From Candidatus Omnitrophota bacterium (GTDB lineage: Bacteria; Omnitrophota; Gorgyraeia; Zapsychrales; Fredricksoniimonadaceae): 52,526 nucleotides of DNA. Both the position numbers and the translations under genes were made by a program. The notes under the pieces are model-generated. The model was not told the DNA's origin, searched no databases, and worked only from the letters and a program-made list of their open reading frames with translations. This document shows, in pieces, positions 1 through 7,566 of the stretch; position 1 is the stretch's first letter, and the number at the start of each line of letters is the position of its first letter. The DNA is taken from the NCBI GenBank assembly GCA_015233165.1, contig JADFYF010000006.1, positions 1 to 52,526 of the forward strand. The letters run 5' to 3'.

Positions 1-1
1 A

Positions 2-2977
2 GTCAAGAGTATAGATTTAATGCGGTTTAAAGCAGGGCCGGCCCAAGATGGTAAACGAGTAGTCGCGGTGTCTTTTGATGCGGCGATGACGGCTAGATGG
101 GTGTTTCTTAGTTTTGGTGGTTTTGGTTTGGCTGCCGGGCTCTTATTGTTCCATGGAGGAGTATTAAAGGTTGAAGATAAGAATCCACCTCCGATTGCGG
201 ATGTAGTAGATTTGCCTCCTATAAATAGCAGAACTTCTATTGATGAGTCTAAATTCAAAGTAGATTCTCATGAGAAGGTGGGGAGTATTGCTTCCTTGCT
301 TTATCATATTTACTATGCAGATCGAGATCGTGGGCCTAATAGAAAATTTGCTTTTGGAAATCTTGATGCAGACATGAGGCGTGATGGAGGAAGTATTCAA
401 GTTGAGTTAGATAATAAGGAATTGATATATTACGATAATCAGTTTGGGAGACAGGAGGATCATGACACGGTCGAGAAGAATTTGTTTTATATTAATTCAA
501 ATACATTTGTGATCAGGACAAAAAATGGAGATTTTATTGTTCAAGGAACCTTCAATGATAAAAGTGATAAGGTCACAACAAGTTTCAATGTTCAAAAGGT
601 TAAAGAAGGTTTAGCGGGCATTGTTTTTTCCGTTAATAATTCAACAAAGATTATGAAAGCTTTTGATATTGATGACCAAATTGTGGCTGCCCCCGAGAAA
701 GAAAAGCGTCCTGAAATTGGCTTTGCTAATCGTGTGACAGGAGATGGGGTGTTAGATTTTGCCATTGGTAAGAAGCTGTTTAAGGTGACAAACGTGGTTG
801 GATTTACAATTAACGGCGAAGGCCAAGAAGCTGTGCTATATGTTTCATACTTAGCAGATAATAAAGCCTCTATGTTTGTAGGTAAGGTTGGAAAAGATGG
901 ACAGCTTATCCATTTAAGTAGAGAAGAGGTTAAGGCTCTTCCTGAGAAAGTTCAAAAGAGTTTGGCTGTGGATCAGGCGATGACGATTCAAGAGAGGGAT
1001 AGGTATTTAGGGTTGGCTAAGATGATAAAGAAGACCTTATTAGAAAGCATAAGACTAAAGGGTAACTTAGAAGTGTCTGCGTTGTCATTTTTATATAATC
1101 AAATCCAATATGCAGAGGGAGAAGAAGGGTCTCCAATTAAAGAAATGGGAAAAGCTTTAAAGGAGGCTAGAAATTCTGTCGCTAAATATATTGATCAAGA
1201 CACGGTCAGACGTTCTCTAGAAAAAAGTCTTAATAGTATAAATTTGGATGAACCATCGATGACGGTTGGTAACTCAAGGATTCAATTTGTACCTTTGGGA
1301 AGAACTTCACAAGTATCGTGGGAAACCCCAAGAGTAACTTGGAAGGCTGGGCTTCCTGTAGTTTTAAGTACAGTTATAACGAGAGGGTTAGTTATTGTGG
1401 GAAAAGGTTTGGAATTAAAAATAACAAATTTAGAAGATGAAATAGGTTATCTCGGAAATGAAGAATTATTTCTCGGAAAGTTTCAGAAGGAGCGTAATGA
1501 TCTGAAAAAGGCCTTTGAGAAAGCGAAGGAGGATTTACAAAAGAAAGGTTTGCAAGATCAAGATAGAATTAAGAATGAATTTAAAAGGACATTAGAAAGT
1601 ATAAGAGACTCTGCAATGACGATCGATACTGCACTTAGAGAGGTTCTGATGATTGAGAGGGATCGATTGATTAGTGAGACTAGTGGGTTGACCTTTACGG
1701 GGCAGGAAAAAGAGAAGTTAGAGGCTATTATTGCAGAACTTAGAAAATATATAAACAATAGCAAGAACGTTCTTTTAACGGATGGCTTGAGTCAGCTGAT
1801 TGTTCAACTTAAGAATGATGAAAATGCTCAACCGGCAACTAGGTTGATGGCGGCTCAGATTTTAGATGTCGCCAGTAACGCTGCGGGTGTGTATGGAAAT
1901 GATGGCGGAATATTAAAGGGGTGGGCTCAACAATTAAATATGTTTGGAACAAATGCTGTTTTAACGGTAGCTAAGGATGAATCTACAGCGGCGGGAAGTT
2001 TTGTTGTTGAGAAGATTATGAGAACCTATATCAAACAAGAAGAGCTTAAGCGGGATGCTGATTTTAAAGAAAGCGTCGTGACCGCCTTAGCTTTCTTTGG
2101 AATTATTGTGGATCGAGAAACACTGCAATATCAAATAGAAAAAGATGTGAAAGGTTTAACTTCTGATCAACAAAAGAAGATTTCTGGATGGGTAAATAGT
2201 GTCGTCTCCTTGGCCAGCCAAGCTTTGGCAGATTTGCAAGAAGCAAGGCGTGGTGGTAAGGGGGATGAGGCGATGATGGGGGATGGAGATGCTACTTTAA
2301 CTCGAAGAAATTTTATAGGCAAGATAGCTGGGGCTGCAGGGACTTTAGTCACTAGCCGTATTTTGGCGGATGATCCTGAAGACAATGAGAATCCTATAGT
2401 TTATTCTGAGGGGCAGAGCTCAGCTGTTAAGAGTTTTACTTTCAGTCAAGTCATGCTTTTTCCTGTTATGGCTGGGGAAGATCCTAATACGGTTCTTAAT
2501 TCAGGGGTATTCCAAGGTCTTTTAACAAGTTCAACTTTTAAGGCTTTAAAGAATTATATCGCAAAGCATCGAGATATCCGTGATACTAACCCACGAAAAT
2601 GGGTATGGCATATCTTGGCCAAGAAGTATTATAAAAAGGGGTTACATAAAGAAGAAATTGATGAACTCAGAAAGACGTACATCAATGCAGATATTTCTTG
2701 GGAAAATACTGAGTTTGAAAATGGGCTCAAAGATAAAGCTCTGATATCTAATGAAGAGCATCTTGGTGGTATCGATTTTAATGCCGCTAACTTGAATCTG
2801 CAAATTAAGCGGGATGGCAAGGGAGTTCCGCTTCCGATTTCTCAGCAGAATTTGGAGAATATCAAATTAGATGGGTTGATTCCTGTCATTCTGGACATCA
2901 AATCTGCCATGGATGTTCCTCTGTTAGCAGAATTGCGAAATGCCGCCAAGCAGCCGGAGCAGTTGGCGAAGGTTTAA
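2..2977 (+). CDS. 3' part of a large modular protein with D-x-A-M-delimited modules and a C-terminal GGIDFN tail; 5'-truncated by the window edge
   Basis: Frame has no stop from nt 2 (VKSIDLM...) to TAA at 2975-2977. Motifs DAAM 77, DQAM 971, DSAM 1607, DEAM 2264, DKAL 2732; GGIDFNAANLNLQIKRDG at 2765. Confidence 0.85.
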   Translation, partial: VKSIDLMRFKAGPAQDGKRVVAVSFDAAMTARWVFLSFGGFGLAAGLLLFHGGVLKVEDKNPPPIADVVDLPPINSRTSIDESKFKVDSHEKVGSIASLLYHIYYADRDRGPNRKFAFGNLDADMRRDGGSIQVELDNKELIYYDNQFGRQEDHDTVEKNLFYINSNTFVIRTKNGDFIVQGTFNDKSDKVTTSFNVQKVKEGLAGIVFSVNNSTKIMKAFDIDDQIVAAPEKEKRPEIGFANRVTGDGVLDFAIGKKLFKVTNVVGFTINGEGQEAVLYVSYLADNKASMFVGKVGKDGQLIHLSREEVKALPEKVQKSLAVDQAMTIQERDRYLGLAKMIKKTLLESIRLKGNLEVSALSFLYNQIQYAEGEEGSPIKEMGKALKEARNSVAKYIDQDTVRRSLEKSLNSINLDEPSMTVGNSRIQFVPLGRTSQVSWETPRVTWKAGLPVVLSTVITRGLVIVGKGLELKITNLEDEIGYLGNEELFLGKFQKERNDLKKAFEKAKEDLQKKGLQDQDRIKNEFKRTLESIRDSAMTIDTALREVLMIERDRLISETSGLTFTGQEKEKLEAIIAELRKYINNSKNVLLTDGLSQLIVQLKNDENAQPATRLMAAQILDVASNAAGVYGNDGGILKGWAQQLNMFGTNAVLTVAKDESTAAGSFVVEKIMRTYIKQEELKRDADFKESVVTALAFFGIIVDRETLQYQIEKDVKGLTSDQQKKISGWVNSVVSLASQALADLQEARRGGKGDEAMMGDGDATLTRRNFIGKIAGAAGTLVTSRILADDPEDNENPIVYSEGQSSAVKSFTFSQVMLFPVMAGEDPNTVLNSGVFQGLLTSSTFKALKNYIAKHRDIRDTNPRKWVWHILAKKYYKKGLHKEEIDELRKTYINADISWENTEFENGLKDKALISNEEHLGGIDFNAANLNLQIKRDGKGVPLPISQQNLENIKLDGLIPVILDIKSAMDVPLLAELRNAAKQPEQLAKV

Positions 2978-3001
2978 TTGTAGGAACAGATCAAGCATTT
3001 C

Positions 3002-3031
3002 AAAGGCCGTTGGAATTTCCAGCGGCCTTTT
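3002..3031 (+). terminator. Intrinsic terminator, possibly bidirectional, after the large ORF
   Basis: AAAGGCCGTTGGA-ATT-TCCAGCGGCCTTTT hairpin. Confidence 0.8.
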
Positions 3032-3047
3032 CAGTCAAGCAAAGAAG

Positions 3048-3075
3048 TTGATACAAAGTAATTGTATGGTATTAT
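3048..3075 (+). promoter_or_regulatory. Sigma70-like promoter with overlapping inverted-repeat operator
   Basis: TTGATA (3048) to TG-G-TATTAT (3070); ATACAA-N5-TTGTAT inverted repeat at 3051-3067. Confidence 0.55.
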
Positions 3076-3102
3076 TTTAGTACTGAAAGTGAGGGAGATT
3101 TA

Positions 3103-3363
3103 ATGCCAACAATTTTAGAAATAATGGGATGGAGATTGTTCTTTTATACCAATGAGTCTCAGGAACCTCCTCATATCCATGCTAAAAAAGCAGGAATGGA
3201 ATGTAAGTTCTGGATTAAAGTTAAGTACTATGATATTGAAGAAGCATATGCGTTTGGTTTAAAAGTCAGAGATAAAAGAGAGATACGAAAGATTATATTT
3301 GATCATTTTGATTATATTGTCGAGCGTTGGGATGCAATTCATAGGGAGGGGAAACATGAATAA
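3103..3363 (+). CDS. DUF4160 family protein (putative toxin)
   Basis: MPTI..GWRLFFY.NE..EPPHIH...ECKFW signature; RBS GAGGGAG. Confidence 0.85.
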   Translation: MPTILEIMGWRLFFYTNESQEPPHIHAKKAGMECKFWIKVKYYDIEEAYAFGLKVRDKREIRKIIFDHFDYIVERWDAIHREGKHE

Positions 3364-3613
3364 ACTTCATAAAGTCAGTGACATTCTATTTAGTGACAAT
3401 CAAATGACTATTAAAATAGACGGAAAGAAATATACTTTTAATTTAAAGAACTTATCTCTTCGTTTGTGGCGAGCATCTGCTGCTCAGCGTAAAGCATTTG
3501 AGATATCTCCCTCAGGCTACGGCATCCATTGGTCTTTAATTGATGAAGACCTTTCTATACCAGGTTTATTATCCAGTGCGTCCCCCGCAGCATTTGAAAC
3601 GCTCCATCATTGA
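3356..3613 (+). CDS. DUF2442 family protein (putative antitoxin)
   Basis: RL..AS..QR..FEISPSGYGIHW..IDEDLSI.GLL; ATG at 3356 after GGGAGGGG, overlapping the DUF4160 stop. Confidence 0.85.
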   Translation: MNKLHKVSDILFSDNQMTIKIDGKKYTFNLKNLSLRLWRASAAQRKAFEISPSGYGIHWSLIDEDLSIPGLLSSASPAAFETLHH

Positions 3614-3627
3614 TCCAAGGTGAATTT

Positions 3628-3657
3628 ATGAAGAAACGTATTCATTACACGGATGAA
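3628..3657 (+). pseudogene. Remnant N-terminus of a CopG/BrnA-like antitoxin gene
   Basis: AAGGTG RBS then MKKRIHYTDE, after which the frame runs into the antisense strand of the next gene. Confidence 0.4.
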
Positions 3658-3661
3658 TGTC

Positions 3662-4306
3662 TTACCCCATTCTCTCTCCTAGAAACTCATGCAAACTGTT
3701 GGCTTGTAAATAAGGGTTGGTGCGTTTTTGATTTCCCATGGTATCGGTAGGGACAGGGCCGTAGTTGTGGCCGGAGTGGATGATGGTGGCATCAGGGAGT
3801 GTCATGAGCTTCCTGAGGCTTTGATACATCACGCTGGCGTCTCCGCCGGGCAGGTCGCAGCGGCCGCATCCGTCGATAAATAAGGTGTCTCCAGAGAATA
3901 GATGTCCCTGGGACAGGAAGCATTGTCCCCCTGGGGTATGGCCGGGGGTGTGGATGACATCGAAGGTGATATTCCCAATCTTGAGTTGTTCCTTATCGTT
4001 CACATCAACTAAGTTTTTTAGATTCTTTCGCAAAAATAGAGGCTCATGTTTCGAAATATAAACAGGGACATTATGACGCCCCAGAAGTTCATCAAGTCCG
4101 TTGACGTGATCAGGGTGAGTATGGGTTAGAAAGACCTTGGTGATGGTAAATCCAAGTTTCTTGGCTTCCTCGCAGAGAAAGGGCACATCCCAGGCGGGAT
4201 CAACAATGGCCATTTCCTTGGTGTCTTCATCGCCGAGAAGATAGAGAAAGTTATTCAGTGGACCGATTTCATATTGCTGGATTCTTAAAGGACTGTTGCT
4301 TGACAT
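3662..4306 (-). CDS. MBL-fold metallo-hydrolase (glyoxalase II-like)
   Basis: THTHPDH, HTPGHTPG, SGDTLF..GCGRCD; start moved to MSSNSPLR. Confidence 0.9.
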   Translation of the reverse strand: MSSNSPLRIQQYEIGPLNNFLYLLGDEDTKEMAIVDPAWDVPFLCEEAKKLGFTITKVFLTHTHPDHVNGLDELLGRHNVPVYISKHEPLFLRKNLKNLVDVNDKEQLKIGNITFDVIHTPGHTPGGQCFLSQGHLFSGDTLFIDGCGRCDLPGGDASVMYQSLRKLMTLPDATIIHSGHNYGPVPTDTMGNQKRTNPYLQANSLHEFLGERMG

Positions 4307-4327
4307 AGGGGACCGTGCCTTTATAAT
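4300..4327 (+). promoter_or_regulatory. Consensus sigma70 promoter for the redoxin gene, overlapping the MBL start codon on the opposite strand
   Basis: TTGACA-N16-TATAAT. Confidence 0.65.
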
Positions 4328-4382
4328 GCGTTGCGTTGTTGTTGATGAAAAAACATTGTACACAATTGTCGGAGGTAATCCA

Positions 4383-4934
4383 ATGGCTTTATTAGAGTCG
4401 ATCAAGATCCCCATCGGGACAACCATGCCGGAGTTCGAGCTGAAGGATGCGTTTGGTAAATCCTATCAATCTAAGGAGTTAGCCGGAGATAGAGGGCTGC
4501 TCGTCGTCTTTACCTGTAATCATTGTCCTTATGCCATTGCCGTCTGGCCTCGCGTGCTACAGTTGGCGAAATATGCCCTGGGGATGAGGGTCAATACGGT
4601 GGCTATCAACCCTAACATTAATCCTGATTTCCCCGACGATGCCCCTGATAAGATGGTTCTGAAGGTGAAGGAATTAGGGATCGGGTTTCCTTATCTGGTC
4701 GATGAAACTCAAAAGACCGCGGATGCTTTTCGCGCTCAATGCACACCGGATATCTATTTGTTTAATAAAGAATTGAAGTTGGTTTATCATGGTCGTATTG
4801 ACGATAATTGGAAGGACGAAGAGAAGGTAAGTCGTGAGGAGTTGAAGGAAGCTTTGAACAATATGGCGGCCGGTCGTCCTATCGACGTCAAGCAAATGCC
4901 GTCCATGGGTTGTTCTATTAAATGGAAGTCTTAA
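4383..4934 (+). CDS. Thioredoxin-family / AhpC-TSA redoxin
   Basis: FTCNHCPY, YHGRIDDN, PSMGCSIKW; RBS GGAGGT before ATG 4383. Confidence 0.9.
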   Translation: MALLESIKIPIGTTMPEFELKDAFGKSYQSKELAGDRGLLVVFTCNHCPYAIAVWPRVLQLAKYALGMRVNTVAINPNINPDFPDDAPDKMVLKVKELGIGFPYLVDETQKTADAFRAQCTPDIYLFNKELKLVYHGRIDDNWKDEEKVSREELKEALNNMAAGRPIDVKQMPSMGCSIKWKS

Positions 4935-4938
4935 AGAC

Positions 4939-5806
4939 GTGGGATCATTGAAGAATACTAACGCTGAGAAATATCTGGATCTGATGTTTGCGATGGCCTC
5001 TTCGGCCGGCAAGATTGCGATTAAATATCTAGATCAAAGTGCTCCGTCTTTAAAAGGATGCCAGCGTCATTACCTTGGCCGACAAGAAAATATCCAAGCT
5101 TTGTCATGAGGCGCTGGCTAAGACACTCAAAGACCCTGCGCATCTGTTAATTGACGAGGAGGATCCTCTCATCGAAGAGTATCTGGATCAGAAGCGTCTG
5201 GATCAGACATCCTATTTGTGGGCGATCGATCCTATCGACGGCACCCGCCTGTATGCCAATCGGATGCCGATGTTCGGGATTTCTTTCGGATTGCTTAAGG
5301 ATTTGAAACCCTTGTTGGGAGTGGTTTATTTTCCTGTTCTTAGAGAGTTGTTTTATTGTGATGGGAAGAACGCCTATTACGTCCAAAATGCTTTTACCCC
5401 CAAGCATACTCGAATCAAGATTGTTCCCGTCGAAGAAACGCTGTCGCCGAAATCCATCTTCTTTTGCAATGACACCTTCTTTAACAAGTATGGATGGAAG
5501 GATAAGGATTTTCACATCATGATCAACGCTTGTGCCGTGGTGAACCTGTGTTGGCCTTCCATTGGTCGTGGGGTAGGGTGCTTCATGAAGAGCAGCCTGT
5601 GGGATTTTGCCGGCAGCTGGCCCATTGCCCAGAAGGCCGGTCTGGATTTCCGTTCGGTTAAAACAGGTCAGGTGATGAGCTCCGTTCATGCCAATCTGTT
5701 TCAGCGATCGCCTAAACCCTGGGAATTAAACGAATATTATCTGATTTCCAGCCAGAAGAATTATTCGGCTATTCAATCGAAAATAGTTGATTTGTCGACG
5801 AGATAA
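4939..5806 (+). pseudogene. Inositol monophosphatase / CysQ-family protein, frameshifted near 5052-5056
   Basis: N-terminus (MGSLKNTNAEKYLDLMFAMASSAGKIAIKY...SLK) lies in a different frame from KDASVITLADKK...WAIDPIDGT...WDFAG. Confidence 0.75.
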
Positions 5807-5821
5807 ATTTTATCTCTAAAT

Positions 5822-5850
5822 TTGCATTTCACTCCATGGGATGCTATATT
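5822..5850 (+). promoter_or_regulatory. Sigma70 promoter driving the candidate small RNA
   Basis: TTGCAT-N17-TATATT with TG extended -10. Confidence 0.65.
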
Positions 5851-5856
5851 CATTAT

Positions 5857-5957
5857 AGAAAGCCGAAGGCCAGTCATCACTAGTCAAGGGCCCACAGATT
5901 CGTCGGGGGCACATTAGACACACACAAAATAAGATGACTCTTACGGCTTCTTTTTTT
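5857..5957 (+). ncRNA. Candidate ~100-nt rod-shaped small RNA
   Basis: Own promoter; AAGCCG/CGGCTT and AGTCATC/GATGACT long-range stems; inner hairpin; ends in T7; no ORF. Confidence 0.55.
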
Positions 5958-6012
5958 GTCATATTTCAAGAAAACCTCGTGAATTTCTCTTCTTTTGGTT
6001 ATAATGCCACCC

Positions 6013-6318
6013 ATGTCTAGCGAACGATATATCCGCATTTATAAGAAGTTCTACTTTGATGAGATGAAGGCGCATACGCTGTTGTATGCGGCTTTGTCGG
6101 GTAGCTGCAGTCATTGTAAGGAAATTGATATTAAATTAGACGCGCTTGAGTGTCCGTCCTGCAAAAATAAGTTCAAATATATTGGTTTTATGCATTTGAA
6201 AGATCACCTGCCTAAGATGCAGAAGATTTCGCATGAACGACCTGAGATCACCTTTATTGATTATGATGATTTTAAGAAGATTGAAGGCGAGTTAAGAGCC
6301 AGAGATATATTGGGGTAG
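6013..6318 (+). CDS. Small hypothetical protein with zinc ribbon (CxxC...CPxC)
   Basis: CSHC...CPSC; ATG 6013 lies 7 nt after TATAAT. Confidence 0.75.
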   Translation: MSSERYIRIYKKFYFDEMKAHTLLYAALSGSCSHCKEIDIKLDALECPSCKNKFKYIGFMHLKDHLPKMQKISHERPEITFIDYDDFKKIEGELRARDILG

Positions 6319-6342
6319 GGGCACGGCATGCCGTGCCCGTAC
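6315..6342. repeat. GTAG-type REP-like palindrome
   Basis: GTAGGGGCACGGCATGCCGTGCCCGTAC. Confidence 0.75.
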
Positions 6343-6354
6343 AGGGAGATAGAT

Positions 6355-7566
6355 ATGGTCCAAAAAGACAGACTTATTAAATTAACACAAAAATTACTGC
6401 AGTTTAATTCCGTCAATCCTCCGGGCAATGAGTTGGAAGTGGCTCAGTTTATCGAGCGGGATATGCGTTCCTTAGGGTTGGATGTCAAGATGATTAGTTA
6501 TGCCAAGAATCGTCCGAATGTCATTGCCACTCTCAAAGGAACCTGGCCTCGTAAGAAGGCGGCTGCAGAAGCCATATTAATTACACCGCACATTGATACG
6601 GTTCCTTTTGGAACAGGTTGGAAGTTTAATCCCACCGGCGGAGAGATCTCTAAGGGGCGTATCTACGGTCGTGGCGCCAGTGATGATAAGGGCAATGCGG
6701 CGGTCGGGATGGAGGCGTTGCGCTCGATGGTGGAAGATGGGGTGAAGCTCAAGCGAGATGTGATCTTTGCAGCCACGGTCGACGAAGAAACAGGTAGTCA
6801 TCAGGGCATTCGTCCTTTGTTGGAGCGAGGAGCTCTTCGTCCTAAGGTCGCCATGATTACGGATTCCGAGGAGTTTGATTGCGTCATTGCTCAAAAAGGT
6901 TTGTTTCACTGCCGGGTTCAGATTTTTGGAAAGAAGGCCCACGGCGCTTACAATTGGCGGGGGATTAATGCGATTGAGATTGCCGCTCGGGTGATCAATC
7001 GACTAATCAGTCATCAGTTTAAATTTAAGAAGCATTCCTTACTTGTTCCACCGACGAAGAATATCGGAACGATTCATGGCGGGGACAAGGTGAATATGGT
7101 GGCTGATTTTTGTGAGTTTGCTTTGGATATTCGCTTTCTGCCCGGCATGACCGCCCAAGGTGTTCTTAAGGAAGTCGAAGGGATCATTGCCAAGGAAACT
7201 AAGAACTTTAAGGTGGTGATTGATGATACCCAAAAGCCGTATCAGCTGGATCCCAAACATCCCTTTGTAAAGACCTACGTCGATGTTTGCAAGAAGATGG
7301 GCGTTGAAGCGAAGTTGGTGGGTAGCCAGGGGGCAACAGTAATTACCTTTTTTCAAGATTATGGGATTCCTGCCTTTTCCACCGGTTGGGGCGCCCACGG
7401 TGTTATTCATGCCAACGACGAGTATGCTGTCATCAAGACACTCTACGATGGGGCTAAGGTTTTAGAAGTTTATTTGAAGGAATACGACGCTAATGTTAAA
7501 GAAGTTCTTAATTTGTATGCTTTGCGTGGTTGGAGCAAGTTCTACTGTTCTTGCTCAAGCCTTTAA
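6355..7566 (+). CDS. M20 family metallopeptidase (ArgE/DapE-like deacylase)
   Basis: HIDTVP, YGRGASDDKG, DEETG, GKKAHG, GGDKVN; RBS AGGGAG before ATG 6355. Confidence 0.9.
   Translation: MVQKDRLIKLTQKLLQFNSVNPPGNELEVAQFIERDMRSLGLDVKMISYAKNRPNVIATLKGTWPRKKAAAEAILITPHIDTVPFGTGWKFNPTGGEISKGRIYGRGASDDKGNAAVGMEALRSMVEDGVKLKRDVIFAATVDEETGSHQGIRPLLERGALRPKVAMITDSEEFDCVIAQKGLFHCRVQIFGKKAHGAYNWRGINAIEIAARVINRLISHQFKFKKHSLLVPPTKNIGTIHGGDKVNMVADFCEFALDIRFLPGMTAQGVLKEVEGIIAKETKNFKVVIDDTQKPYQLDPKHPFVKTYVDVCKKMGVEAKLVGSQGATVITFFQDYGIPAFSTGWGAHGVIHANDEYAVIKTLYDGAKVLEVYLKEYDANVKEVLNLYALRGWSKFYCSCSSL

Noticed and set aside
20-22. ATG at 20 as the start of the first ORF
   Set aside because: The frame is open upstream to the window edge and there is no SD, so the gene is probably truncated by the window.
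2980-2995. GTAGGAACAG, resembling one arm of the 13790 palindrome
   Set aside because: No complementary arm; too short to call.
4296-4426. Overlapping extended starts of the MBL and redoxin ORFs
   Set aside because: Better starts exist at 4306 (-) and 4383 (+), with an RBS and a promoter in between.
5049-5055. TTTAAAA as a programmed -1 frameshift site
   Set aside because: A -1 shift leads to the wrong frame; +1/-2 is needed.
7493-7566. 74-nt overlap between the M20 peptidase and the DUF3108-like gene
   Set aside because: Most simply stop-codon drift or a single-base error; no sign that the tail is functional.
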